This document shows positions 25,448-38,558 of a stretch of DNA of 64,000 nt, one piece after another; position 1 is the stretch's first letter, and the number at the start of each line of letters is the position of its first letter. Location: positions 124,001-188,000 of the forward strand of contig NW_026963354.1 in assembly GCF_036588685.1 (NCBI RefSeq). Direction: 5' to 3'. Below the pieces are notes generated by a model. It was not told the origin of the DNA. It ran no database searches and worked only from the letters and a program-made list of their open reading frames with translations. The translations under genes were made by a program, and so were the position numbers. This stretch comes from Mytilus trossulus. Taxonomy: Eukaryota.

Positions 25448-27308
25448 ACAACACCTTATGACTCGGACGACTTTAAAAAACAGTGTCGGATCAACTACTT
25501 TTTTATTGTTATTTATCCTACTACATATACACGGGTGTCATTCGGTTTATCGAGAGAAATGGGCGTGAAAGAATATCTAACGGCGGTCAAGTATTGAGAG
25601 ACGATCGTGAAAGTTCTGGTAACGGATCGTGAAAGGCATTTAATGTACATTCTAGTTCAGAATCTTTGAAAAAATCGCTTAATTTTCAAAACGCGAAACA
25701 AATCCGAACAAAAAAATATGTCTGTCAAAATGGTTTAACTTCCTCAACATAACTGTGAAAGAAGATAAAGAAAATATGAAGTACTTTTTGAAAAAACACC
25801 AAAGGCGCAATGCGTGTCTATGAAATTAATTAAAAATAACACGCTTTGTGTACCTATAGCGGTCATATTTCAGAATATCATGATATATTTGAAATTTAAT
25901 CTTTGTTGTATCTGATAGTACAGTAAAATTGGAGTATGTTCTTCCATTAAAAGCGTTAGTTTGTGTATGAAAACCTTGAATTTGTTGAATTTCCATCAAA
26001 CTTGATCGTGAAAGAATAGGCAACGTATTTTTTCGATCGTGAAAGAGAATACGTGACCAGACTTAATACTAGTAATCAGAAATAAGTTTTTCTATTACAA
26101 TTTGATAAATCTGCAAGTGGTTGAAGCCTGTAACTATTTTGATAAGGATGAACATTAAAGCTATTATCTTTTTTTTTCTATTCAACACTTTACCTCAAAA
26201 GTTAAATAAACCCAACTAATAACGTGTCTAAATAAGTGTGAAAGATTTAGCTCTGTGAATCAGTCTAGTGCACTTCAGGCACACCGTCACTTGTTAGCCA
26301 ATAATATGGATAGTATGCAACGTTTAAACCAAAATATTATCCATCAAACAAAAATCATAGCAAAAACAGCACATTTCATGTGTAGTTTTGGATTGAACGA
26401 TAACCAACATTGTGTGGAACAGAACTTTTTAAGTTTTTTATAAACAACGCAGATAAGGATTGATTTAACTATATAGTACATATTATAGAATACCAAAGCA
26501 CAAATGCTGTAATGTCTTGTTTGCTTTACTTATGATAGTATTTGTGTTGAACGTCTATAATATCAAGGGTTTTATTAGAAGTGTCAAATGCGCTTAAGAT
26601 TATCAATGTTTCATAAAAAAAAAAGAGGCTATGGTCATATGAACCATGCCATACTGATCTTTACAAATATCCCGCACACCAAATAAATGTGTTCCGATCC
26701 TTACAGTGCCTTAGAAACTGACAAATGTAAAAGTTGTGCTTGGCTAATTAATTCGAAACATAAGGCAAAAGTATATGAACCCTAACCGACAGCCAGACAT
26801 AGACATCTTTCTATCATTTAATAAATCAAACACAATTGAAGTCATCATGGTCATATAAGAAACATGCAGCTAGACATGTACACCATACACGAAACACCTT
26901 GTCGCTATTGCATACATGTATATGTTCAAAAGGCCAAACAACATAAAACAAACATTGCCGAATGATGCATGATAATGAGTTCAATGTTAGTTGAAACCTT
27001 GCACAAGTCGAAAATATACACCTTACAATCATAACAACAGACAGTTATCATAAAGCTTAACGAATCCTCGATACGGACTTGACCACTAAAATGAATCTTC
27101 ATCCATGAAATGAGGCAAATTCAGAGTCAGGTGAAACCTGTTTGACGGACATTTAGTTTATAGGATCCAATATATAAAATATGGGTATCCTATAACTCAT
27201 GATAAGTGAGTACTTCACATGACGATAAAAAAACTTAATCCTACAATCATCCAACTATTTTACAAACAACATGTTCACGAATGCCCAAATAATAATTTTA
27301 ATGTATTT

Positions 27309-27690
27309 GCGCGTCTTGCGTACTAAATTATAATTCTAGTACCTTTAATAACTATGTACGCCACTGGGTCGATGCCAATGCTGGTGGACGTTTCGTCCCC
27401 GAGGGTATCACCAGCCCCGTATTCAACACTTCGGTGATGACATGAATATCAATAATGTGGTCATTTGATACAAATTTCTTGATTACAAAACTTTGAATTT
27501 TTCGAAAAACTAAGGATTACCATAGTCGTATTTGGTACAACTTTTAGGAATTTTGGATCCTCCATGCTCTTCAACTTTTTACTTGCTTGTCTTAATAAAT
27601 ATTTTGATATGAGCGTCACTGATGAGTCTTGTGTAGATGAAACGTACGTCTGGCGTACTGAATTATTATCCTGGTACCTTTGATAACTAT
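27309..27690 (+). mobile_element. Retrozyme-like monomer (335-nt period) with ~47-nt terminal direct repeat
   Basis: 27309-27355 is repeated at 27644-27690; the repeat starts at the hammerhead stem III/cleavage site. Confidence 0.7.
27613..27656 (+). ncRNA. Type I hammerhead ribozyme (minimal, PLE/retrozyme type)
   Basis: Stem I GCGUCA/UGGCGU; core CUGAUGA (27619-27625); stem II GUCU-UGUGU-AGAU; GAAAC; palindromic stem III ACGUACGU; GUC cleavage triplet ending at 27650. Confidence 0.8.
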
Positions 27691-30669
27691 TTGTACTTGT
27701 ACAAATAAAAATTTCCTGTTACCCCGCTTATATCCCGAGAAAGCGATGATATGGGTAGTTTTTATGCGCAGCAGTTCATTTTAGCTCCTCTTTGAGATCC
27801 AAACAAAAGTTTCAAGTGCCGGGTGTCACAACTTGCAGTATACACTAACATACATTGGTGGATAATATAAATTTTCTTTTTTGGCGACTGCACTATGGTC
27901 TACAGTGACATCGGAAGTTGCGTGGCACCAAATCAACATTACAGGTAAGCAGGGGCGGATTTAGGCGGGGGCGTGGCGGGCGTGCGCCCCCCCCTAAAAT
28001 TTGCAAAGCATAGGTTGACTTCAACATATTTAAGTATCAGAAGAGACCATTCAATCTAAGATTTATTTGATAACTATATCATTTCAAAATATAAAATTGA
28101 TCCAATTTTTATGGTCTTTAGATAAGAAAATAAACTATTGTATGGAATAATGCTAATCATAAAAAAATATTAAACGTTTGATTTATATTTCGCGCTTCAT
28201 TCTGAAACACGCACTGTCAGCAACATGAACGTCTTCGTAGCATCAGATCTTTCACGATCCTTTTCACGATCTTCAAAAATGCGGTACGTGATCTTTCACG
28301 ATCCAAAAAATCAATTTTGTGTGAATAGTTCTTTATTTACCAAGTTTCAGATTATATTTATACAAAATAACTATGAGAACCGTTTAATTAATTCAAATAC
28401 AATGCCCTTATTTTGATAAACGTAGTTTATTTAGTCGAATTTGTGAAAAAATCGTGTTTGTTTACATTTTTTATGTCATTGAAATGTCGAGAAGCAATCT
28501 GCCTTTTGTCGTTTTGTAATAACTGTGTACTTTTGAAACTTGATATTCTGACATACTGATCATACTGTTGAACCATTTTGACAGACAGTTTTATTTTGTC
28601 GTAAATGTGTCTGTGTAATTAATTAAATTAGAATATTTACTGATCTTTAATATGTCTTCTCGATTAAATATCTTTCACGATCCGTTACCAGAACTTTCAC
28701 GATCGTCTCTCAATACTTGACCGCCGCTAGATATTCTTTCACGCCCATTTCTCTCGATAAACCGAATGACACCCGTGATATACATCTATTATATGTAATA
28801 CTATACAATCGTTATACATATCATAATATGCAATATCGCCGCGATATAGCTATTTTGTGCTCATGCGGCGTAAAGCAACCAACAATCAATCAATCAATAT
28901 ATATGCAATATTCAAAAGTAATAAAGTCCAAACAACACTACACATATGCAACCTCTTACACATTAAGGTATAATCGCCTATAGATTTTTTTTATCTTTTC
29001 TTATTTTAAAGTCCATTTTAAGTTATATATTTTATTTTCGGCGTGGCTTGGTATTTATACATCCCGCTATTGTGTTATTGAACTATGGACTTTTCTGTTA
29101 TTCTTGTCTCTTATCTTGCTTATATACTTTGTCTATATGTAAGGCGTCAAAGTATAGGAAATTTGAGGACATCTGAGCAAAAATGAAAGCAAAGGCCATT
29201 TGAGCGGGACAGATAATGATAGAAATGACGAAGGAGTATTTCCTTCGTTCACAGATATAAAATGTTGCCCCTGCGCACCACAAGGAGGCGGAAGTTTGTT
29301 ATAGAAATAATAAATGAGAGGCGGAGTTTATAATGCACACAGTGTACATCATAATTGAAGGGAAAAACAGCCCTTTCATAAAAGTAACCAGACAATGGCA
29401 TTATTAACAAGTCAGTTCGTGATTGAAATTTTAATCACAGGCTTACCATTACACTACCATTAACTAGCCAGAACTCGTGTAAAATTAATCGGAAGTAAAA
29501 TAAAAATAACATAGTAATAATTATTTTAAAATTTGGTCTCTCTCTTCTTACTTTCTTATACAAATATTTTCTTTATTCATATAAAAGTATCACAGGAAAT
29601 TTTGCTCAAATGTCCTATTATATCATCCTGGCAAATTTAATATTCCGGTGCTCAAATGTCCTATTATAAAATCCAGGCTATCATTCCGGTGCTCAAATAA
29701 CAAATTTTGTGCATTTTATATTTTCGCTCAAATGTCCCTTGACAGTGTCTACATCATGTATAAGCCGTTTTAGATTTTTTGTTGGAATAGTTTGCGTTTA
29801 CAGTGATTAAGATTAAAATAAAATGTTGACTGCTGCATCCCAAATCTTGACATTTTACCTATTGTTATTGTATGTTTTGCTCACTCATTGTTGTTAATGT
29901 AGATATCTATGCGACTGTCATACAAGTAACTATAAACCAGGTTTAATCAATCGTTTTCTACGAAAGGAAATGCCTGTCAATCATAGCATTATCAATTATC
30001 CATGAAAATTTCAGAGACACTCGAATAGACAGACATGTAAACCTAAATATTCATTCCAATAACCAAAAATAATTGACATATTGGATGATCTCATGTGTTC
30101 CTGAAGGGTAAGACTCTTCTCCTCTGAAATTACTGGGCCAATAACTGAATGTTCCATAGGGTATCTAGTTTGTAAACCTTAATGATTCCATAAACCAAAA
30201 ATAGTCGACCTTTTGCTTATAGTATACAAGACACAGACCAATCCCTTAAAACTTCATATAGACCCAATATAATGAATCACGAAAAGGAAGCAAGGTCAGA
30301 CGTACCCTGCCAGACAAACATGTTCACCTTACATTTATAAAATGCATCTAATATAGATGACCTTACAGCAGACATAATAAAAAATATAGTAGCATAATAA
30401 TTAAAAAAAACGACCAATAAGCAACAAAACGACATTAAACAATGAACTGCACAGATAAAGGTCACGGTCAGACGAAATCTACAACACAAACATGTACACC
30501 TTACAATTATTCCATGTATTAAACAAATATATCATATATCTAATTATTCTGCTGCTTACAATATCTGAGAAACGGCCATATTCACGTAACTGTGATCATA
30601 TTAACGATGAACGAAATGATACTCATAATAAGTGGTTCTTAGTTATTTTATTTATATTTACTGTGTTCG

Positions 30670-31790
30670 TTCTTAGACCCAATGTGGTGGCGAGCTATCG
30701 TCGTCGACGTTTACTATTCCAAGAATATTCTCCTCTGAAACGACTGAGCCAAATACCTTCAAGCTTTAACTGAATGTTCCTTAGAATATCTAGTTTTTAA
30801 ACTGTATCTGAAGATTTGATCCAACACAAAACATGGGTGCCATGGCTATTTTTAGAACACAGGGGGTTAAATGCAGTTTAGGTCTATATAAAAACAAAAC
30901 ATTTAGAGGAAATTTGACATGGAGTAAAACTGTTCAATATTTCGAGATCTATATCAGCCATCAGACGAACCGAACAACCCAATTTTTGGTTGCATCCACT
31001 AAATTGGTAATTTTAGGGAAATTTTGCAGTTTTTGGTTGTTAACTTGAATACAGTTAAAGGAAGAGATAAACTGTAAGCTGCAATAATTTTCAGCAAATA
31101 AGATATTAAAAAGGTTAATATGAACAAAATTGTTATTTGACCCCCATAAGGAGGTATCATAATGGCCCTTTAAAGACAATTTTGTTCATATTTACGACCA
31201 TTTGGAAATCTTTTTCTTTGAAACTACTGGGCCTAATACTTCTAAACTTTTACTGAATGCTCCGCAATGTCTCTTGTGAATAAATTGTATCTGAAGGTTT
31301 GATCCTTCATCAAACATGACGGTCATTCCTAAATATAGAGGTCATTCCTAAATATAGAACATAGGGATCAAATGCAGGTATTGTTTTAGATCTCAAAATT
31401 AAAGCATTTAGAGCAACCCAACATGTTTAACAGGCGAAAATCTATCAGCAGTGAACTTTCAACCGAACCGAAAAACCCATTGTTATGTTGCTGCCACTAA
31501 ATTGATAAATATTGTAATGTTTGGCGATTATCTTGAATATTATAGAAGTTAAATATAAACTGTTATAACGTCTTAAAAGGTTCAGCGAAGTAAGATCTAC
31601 AAAATAGTTTATAATTGTAAATTGACCTCTTTTCGCAAAATTTTCGCCCTTTCAAGACGATTTAACATTCTTTGTATATCTTGAATAAACTTTAAAAAAT
31701 TGTTTGCTATGAAACTGCTGCACTGTTTAGCCTAACTAGAGATGAATGAGTTTCTGAGTATCTAGTACAAAGTTTGCATTTTATTCCCTT
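30670..31790 (+). mobile_element. Degenerate Helentron/HINE-like element with internal repeats
   Basis: (GTC)n microsatellite near the 5' end; repeated CTCTGAAACTACTGGGCCAAAT...AACTGAATGTTCC-like blocks (~30730, ~31215; also ~30120). Confidence 0.45.
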
Positions 31791-32138
31791 GCACGTCACG
31801 GCACACTCTAAACTAAATTTTATATTTTGTTCTTATGTTGTACTGTTATGCCACTGTCCCAGGTAAATGGGGGGGGGGGGGGGATCCCGCCACATTATGT
31901 ATTTATTGTCTCATTGGCACTCATACCACATCTTTATTTTTCCATCCATTGTGGTTAGCATCACATTTTCATGAACATTATTCATAGGAAAAATAAAACA
32001 AGTATTTCTATTTCTACATTTTATATAAGATACATCATCGATAACAATATAAATACAAATAAATAACAGTTATTTACAAATAAAATGTGTGTTCACTTTT
32101 TAGCACGTTGTATCATTCGTATGATTTAGATCTTGGTT

Positions 32139-34288
32139 TCAATTGCTGTAGGTCAGCTCATCTAAACTGTCAAAACTGTGTTCTGGGGAACCTGCAAAAC
32201 AAACAAAATATAAGTTTTAGTATAGTATAAAGAATAATTTTATTATTATAAAAAATAAAAATATAAACTGGATAAATTGTGCAAAGGCCACTTTAAAAGA
32301 AAAGTCTATTTGCGGAGTTGACAATGAAATACTATTTAGCCAGTATAATACAAGATCTATGTGTTCTTAACTTGTATTCAAATGATTCAGATTTATTTGG
32401 TAATATGTATTAAAATGAATCCAATTTACTGTTAATTTCGTATTAAAATGAATCCAATTTATTTGGTAAGACTGTATTAAAATGAATCTAATTTATTTAG
32501 TAATACTGAATTAAAATGAATCCAATTTATTGTTAATACTTACTAGATTCTTTCGAGACAATCGATGCTGGAGATCCCATAGAACTTTGAATATTTCTCT
32601 TGGACCTTGCACGTGCATTTTGGAACCAAACTTGTGCCACACGTCTTGCGACTCCAGCTTGTTCTGCGATGGTATCCAAGTCTTGTGGCTCTGGGTTCTG
32701 TTCCACATCGAAGTAGGATTGAAAGATATGGACCTGATCATCTGTGAAAGCTGTACGCTGTCTCTTGGATTTACGTTTTCCAAGGCGCTCTGAAAAAGAT
32801 GATACATATATTTAGCTTGGATATTTGTCTTCGACTGTGCAGAATTTAGATTATATTCCTTTTAAAAGGTACTAAAATGTTACTTTAATTTATATTATTA
32901 TGATTGGTTGTTAATAAACTGAAAATAATGTTTTAATAAATTTTATCATAATTAAACGCAAATTATAAGGACACCTACCATCGCCAATTCTGTTGCCTTG
33001 TAAAACTTGTAGGTAGTGGATCTTACAGAGAAGTCTGTTGTTATGTAGAGCAAATTGTTCCCCTGTAGAGAGCTGTCTGTTGCAGATGTCACAGTTGAAA
33101 CACGCCAAGTGGTAACAGTTGTCGCGTGCTTTCCTGACCCAGTCGTCACTTCGGATCCCTACGTTGCATTTGGTGCATGGTATGCAAAATTCACTGAAAA
33201 ATACAAAAAAAAAATAATAATTATTAAGTATTAATGGTTTATATATATATATATACACATAAAAAGATATGAAAGGAATGATTATCAAGCTACCTACAAA
33301 ACCAGGTTCAGGCCACTATTTTCTACATATTAGGAGTACCAAGTCAGAAATAGGACAATTATTATCCATTCGTTTGATGTTTTTAGAGTTTGATTTGGAG
33401 ATTTGATTTCCGTTTGATTTATTCACGTATTTGGATGATTTTTTTATGATTTTTTTTTACATGTGACTTCCAAGTATAGAAACTGTTATCATAGTAAGGA
33501 TGGTGAGAACAGTCATATTAGTTTGCAGACTTTGGGATTTCAGGTTTCGTTTATTCAAATATCTTCTTCTTGCATACCCTGTTATGTCTGGTTGTGTCGA
33601 CTTTAAAATAAAATTTTAGGATATAGACACAGATGGATTTCGCTTCATCTAACCAAATTCAGCTAAAGTAACAGAAGAGTTCTTATTGTATACTTACTCT
33701 TTACTGCAGTAGATGTTTCCCCCTCTGACGTAACAGGTTTTGTGGTTGTCCAGTATGGTATGACAATGGGAACACCGGAGACAGGTCGGATGCCAGGACT
33801 GGTCATTTAGACGGAGGACGTACTGATCTTCCACAACTCCATTACAGCCATAGCAAACATGTACAGTAGCCTGTCAATGACAATGAGTAATTTATATTAA
33901 AATTACTTTTAAAACAGAATAGAAATATGCATTTATATGTTGATAATTTGGATAGAAATAATATGAATATAAAAGAAATAATTCAAGAAAACAAAAATAC
34001 CAGAGTTCTCAGTTTCTTCAAGTAACTGTTATATTTACAAATGAAAATTATAATTAAAACTTTAAAATAAATTACACGTCGTTTAACCTTTTTTTTGTAA
34101 ATATTTATAGATTGATAATCAATATAAAATATCAGTATGTTTTCACTTACCGTTGGAAATGTGTATTCAAAAACCGAGTCCGGAGATGAACAGTTTTCAT
34201 CTTCATAACTTGTGCTGCACTGGAACGTAAAATTTCCGGAGTCTTCAAACTCAAAGCTGTTGTGTGTAATGTCGGTGGATATGCCCAT
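32139..34288 (-). CDS. Awh: LIM-homeobox protein, Arrowhead/Lhx6-8-like, copy C (~274 aa); exons 34288-34151, 33870-33698, 33193-32979, 32789-32544, 32191-32139
   Basis: GT-AG introns with the same phases; close paralogue of copy B; homeodomain KRQRTAFTDDQVHIFQSYFDVEQNPEPQDLDTIAEQAGVARRVAQVWFQNARARSKR. Confidence 0.9.
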
Positions 34289-34314
34289 GATTGTTGTTGG
34301 AAGTAAGGTTGATA

Positions 34315-34513
34315 GGAAATGTGATACTTTTGCTGGTGGAAGAAGGGGTTTTATAGGAAGTTAGAATAGTGTTCACTACTCTCATAAGGGTGAGTACAGT
34401 TAACGGTACTGTCAGCGTGGGGTAAGAAAACTTGACCACTACAAACAAAACATCACTGAACATCTCTGATCATTAATCAGTGGTCACCGTTAATTAACTT
34501 TTAATTAATACTC
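34315..34513 (-). promoter_or_regulatory. Proximal promoter of Awh-like C: TATAAAA at 34355-34349 plus homeodomain-site cluster
   Basis: Conserved with the promoter of copy B. Confidence 0.7.
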
Positions 34514-34999
34514 AATCAGGAAACAAGATCTTTAAACTTTCTAAACATTATGAATTTAAACGTAAATAAACTGAATTTACCGTAATCGTAATATTTAATC
34601 ATATTTCAAATTGTTTCCCCTAAAATTGAACATTTAAAAAAAAAAAGTACACAAACGATAATGATGGATAAGATCTTATAATGTTAAATAACCGATTCTT
34701 AATTTACATCATATAGTAGGAAAAATTCAGGAATTCACATAATTTCAAGGTTTATTTCTAAATAATTAGTTTGGCTTATTGAGATATATTCAAACTTTAT
34801 AAAGAAATAAAGCTAATTTGTTTTATTTCAGTAAGAAGTGTGCGTTTTAAGCACATGCAAATTTGTTAGTATCAACAGTCCAATTCAAAGAATGACTCAA
34901 ATATTTAACTATAAGAAAAGAGTTAAAATTTTATTAATCCACAATACTTAATTTTCTAAATGACACGTGGACCACAATACTTTTTATGTCAGCATCGAA

Positions 35000-36115
35000 T
35001 TGGTACTATATGAACCATGTATACACTATATGGACCATGTTTACGCTATCTGGAGCATGCATACACTATCTGGACCAAGTATACCTAATCCGGAGCATAC
35101 ATACACTATCTGGACTATGCAAACGATATCTGGACAATGTATACGTTACCAGGAGCTTGTAGACGCTGTCTGGACCGTGTATACCTTAACCGGACAATGA
35201 ATGCACTATCTGGAACATGCATACGCTATCTGGACAATGTACACCTAATCCTGACCATGTAAACGCTATCTGAACCATGCATACCTAACCTGGAGCATGA
35301 ATACACTATCTGGAACATTCATACGCTTTCTGGACCATGTATACCTAATCTGGACGAAGTATACGTTATCAGGAGCATGAATACGCTGAATACGCTATCT
35401 GGACCATGTATACCTAATCTGGACCATGTATACGTTATCTGGACCATGTATACGCTTTCTGGACCATGTATACGTTAGCTGGACCATGCATACGCTTTCT
35501 GGATCATGTATACCTAATCTGGACCATGTATACGTTATCAGGACCATGTATACGCTTTCTTGATCATGTATACCTAATCTGGACTATGTATACGTTATCA
35601 GGACCATGTATACGCTTTCTTGATCATGTATACATAATCTGGACCATGTATACCTAATCTGGACCATGTATACGTTATCTGGACCATGTATACGCTTTCT
35701 GGATCATGTATACCTAATCTGGACCATGTATACGTTATCAGGACCATATATACGCTATCGGTTATCTTGAGTATGTTTACGTTATCAGGACCATGTATAC
35801 GTTATCAGGACCATATATACGCTAAATGGACCATGCATACCTAATCTGGAACATGCACACGTTATCAGGACCGTGTATATACGTTATCTGGAGCATGTAT
35901 ACGCTTTCTGGGACATGTATACGCTATCTGGAGCATGTATACGCTATCTGGACCATGAATACCTAATCTGGAACATGCACACGTTATCAGGACCGTGTAT
36001 ATACGTTATCTGAAGCATGTATACGCTATCTGGACCATGCATACGTAATCTGAACCATGTAAACGTTATCTGGAGCATGTATATGCAATTTGGACCATGC
36101 ATATGTTATATGGAT
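35000..36115. repeat. 20-bp minisatellite (TGGACCATGTATACGTTATC)
   Basis: About 55 tandem variant copies. Confidence 0.92.
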
Positions 36116-38156
36116 CAAGACGTATCTTTAATTTCAAGGTTGTTTTTTTTACTATTTTCGGGTGGTGTTGTATGTTGAACCGGGTCAAAGGTTTTGGCTT
36201 ATTTATTTTATCATTGTCATACATGCAATATGTTTATACAAAAAAAACCTGTTTTTAATTCACACAGCTTTGCAAAAAAAAAAAACACCATAATTTATAT
36301 AAGCAACAAAACGATAAACCGAATTAATATAACCAGCCATCAATAATAAATTAGTACTACAGTTGAATGTCGTAACTTATGTGGTTTTATGCATATAATC
36401 CCATTTTCATATTCAGTGTTAAGTCCACGAAGAAAGTGATGATTTAGAAATGAATACCGAGCACGGGAGTTGAAGTTCAAATTCAAATCCTACCCACATT
36501 ATACATGCAGACCATATTAAAAAAAAACACACAGCTAAGGACGTGAGAGATGACTGTCTTATGTTGAAGTATACAATGAAATCTACAGATGCTTCGGTCA
36601 TTTGTGTCGTTGAACTCTCTAGACAGTTACGTTTGACCAATGTCTCTTTTTTCAGATCCCAACATCCTTAGTACTTAAATGGAGGTCTAAAGTTTCATCA
36701 TGTTCTAGGTAGAACTTTAAATTGACATTTCCCGCTAATATCTCGTACATGCGATATGTATAAGTAAGTTGAGAGTCTGATTGGTTATGGGTAAGAATAT
36801 GGGTCCGTGTATATGCTTGTAACATAATACGGCAAGTTTTTACGTGACAATCTGCTTAATAGTTCGTTTTTTTGAAGAAAAAAACATGGTTTAATATAAA
36901 GATTGATATGTTATTCGATTAAAAAGAATCATGACGTACTTTTCCTTGCACCTTCATGTATAGATAGGCGGAGCTTGGACTGTCGTGGTTAAATCTGATT
37001 TGTTTTAATGTTAAACCATGATTGAAACTCCGCCACTTTGTGAAATGCAGAAACAGCCAGTTAATAACACTAAAGTAGTTTTCTGTATTTTATTGCACGT
37101 TAATATTCTATTAGTTCAAACAATATTTTATTTAAATAAATTTAATTGGGCAACAGGCATAGCCTATGTAAGCCCTCTCGACAATACAAGGTACAATATA
37201 TTACATTCAAACAAAGCAACACATACACAAACATAGTGACAAAACAGAATATTTTTTTTCAAAAATACCTCTTAGCTGACTGGAATGATGTTTCAAATAG
37301 TTAACTCAGATCAAAAGTATGACTATGTATGTTCTATTGTATTGCATTGTAATAAATGGTATTGTATCATTGCATTGTATTGTTTTTTTTTACTGTATTG
37401 TAAAATTGTACTTTATTGTAGTGTATTACAAAACTATACATATTCAATTATAGTTACAAATAGCTGGTTTTTTTCCATTCTGAAATCGGGTGATTTTATT
37501 GTCTAAAGATGAGGAGGTCCGGTGAGGGCCGAATTCGGCCTAATAGTTTATGTTCATCTTATGAAAGATTTTTCGCACTTTTTAAACAATTAAGTGTCTA
37601 CTCCAGTCGATTCAATAAGTTAATGTGAAAAATTTGAACTGATTAAGTCATTGAAGACGCCCAAATTCAAGCTTAAAATAAAAAATTCTACCAAATATGC
37701 CATATTGTGTCTCTTTTTAGATTTTTTAAAATAAAACTTTGTAAATAAATGTTAAGAATGAACACGAATGCGACAACTTTCATTTCAGACGGACACCGTC
37801 TAAAAATTAGCCAAAATGTTATTGTTTTAGCATGGCTTTAAAGATGCTAATACCCGATACATGTGCATTGTATTGCCAAAAAGAGCACAAATTTATGAAA
37901 CCGAAGTTTTTATTTTCAATAAAAATAAATAGCTAAAAGTTTATATTTTAACAATTTTGTAAAACTGCTATATTTTGGGGCCAAAAAGGGGTCCTACTAG
38001 GCCTACTCCTTTGAATCAAACAACAATTTTGTTTCTGAACTCCCCCCCCCCCCCCCCCCCCCCCTAAATAAATCTCTTTCACAAATTTAAATTTCTGTTT
38101 CAGTATTCAATCTAGCATTCTGCACTGTTTGGTAAATTGTAAAGTATAAAAAAAAA

Positions 38157-38412
38157 AGATGTGGTATAATTGCCAATGAGACAACTATCCACAAAAGACC
38201 AAAATGACACACACATTAACAACTATAGGTCACCATACGGCCTTCAACAATGAGCAAAGCCCATACCGCATAGTCAGCTATTAAAGGCCCCGATAAGACA
38301 ATGTAAAACAATCAAAACGAGAAAACTAACGGCCTCATTTATGTAAAAAAATGAACGAAAAACAAATATGTAACACATAAACAAACGACAACCACTGAAT
38401 TACAGGCTCCTG
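38157..38412 (+). repeat. High-copy interspersed repeat (AGATGTGGTATGATTGCCAATGAGACAAC...), class uncertain
   Basis: Near-identical copy at 63150-63410; partial copies at ~5338, 13396, 21853, 42348, 50590; reverse copies at ~4050-4500, 9155, 20400-20660, 31900, 45135-45390. Confidence 0.85.
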
Positions 38413-38558
38413 AGGTATGCATATGGATTTATTCAGATTAATTTTGCAACATAGTTCATAAAATGTTTCGAGCGACAAAGTTAATAAACAATGGACTAAA
38501 GAGCAAAAACAGGTTTTAAAGCCTCAAGTTTATCACATTGTTTGCATGCTATGTAAAA

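Larger units (their letters stand above)
25530..28777. mobile_element. 3.25-kb non-autonomous TIR transposon with CAC...GTG ends (CMC/Chapaev-CACTA or Transib type)
   Basis: ~105-bp near-perfect TIRs starting CACGGGTGTCATTCGG; ATATA on both flanks; repeated subterminal GATCGTGAAAG in inverted orientation at the two ends; no transposase ORF. Confidence 0.85.

Noticed and set aside
24400-25640. Shared ATCGTGAA between the minisatellite and the adjacent transposon subterminal motif
   Set aside because: Only an 8-mer is shared and the array lies outside the TIR; insufficient to claim common origin.
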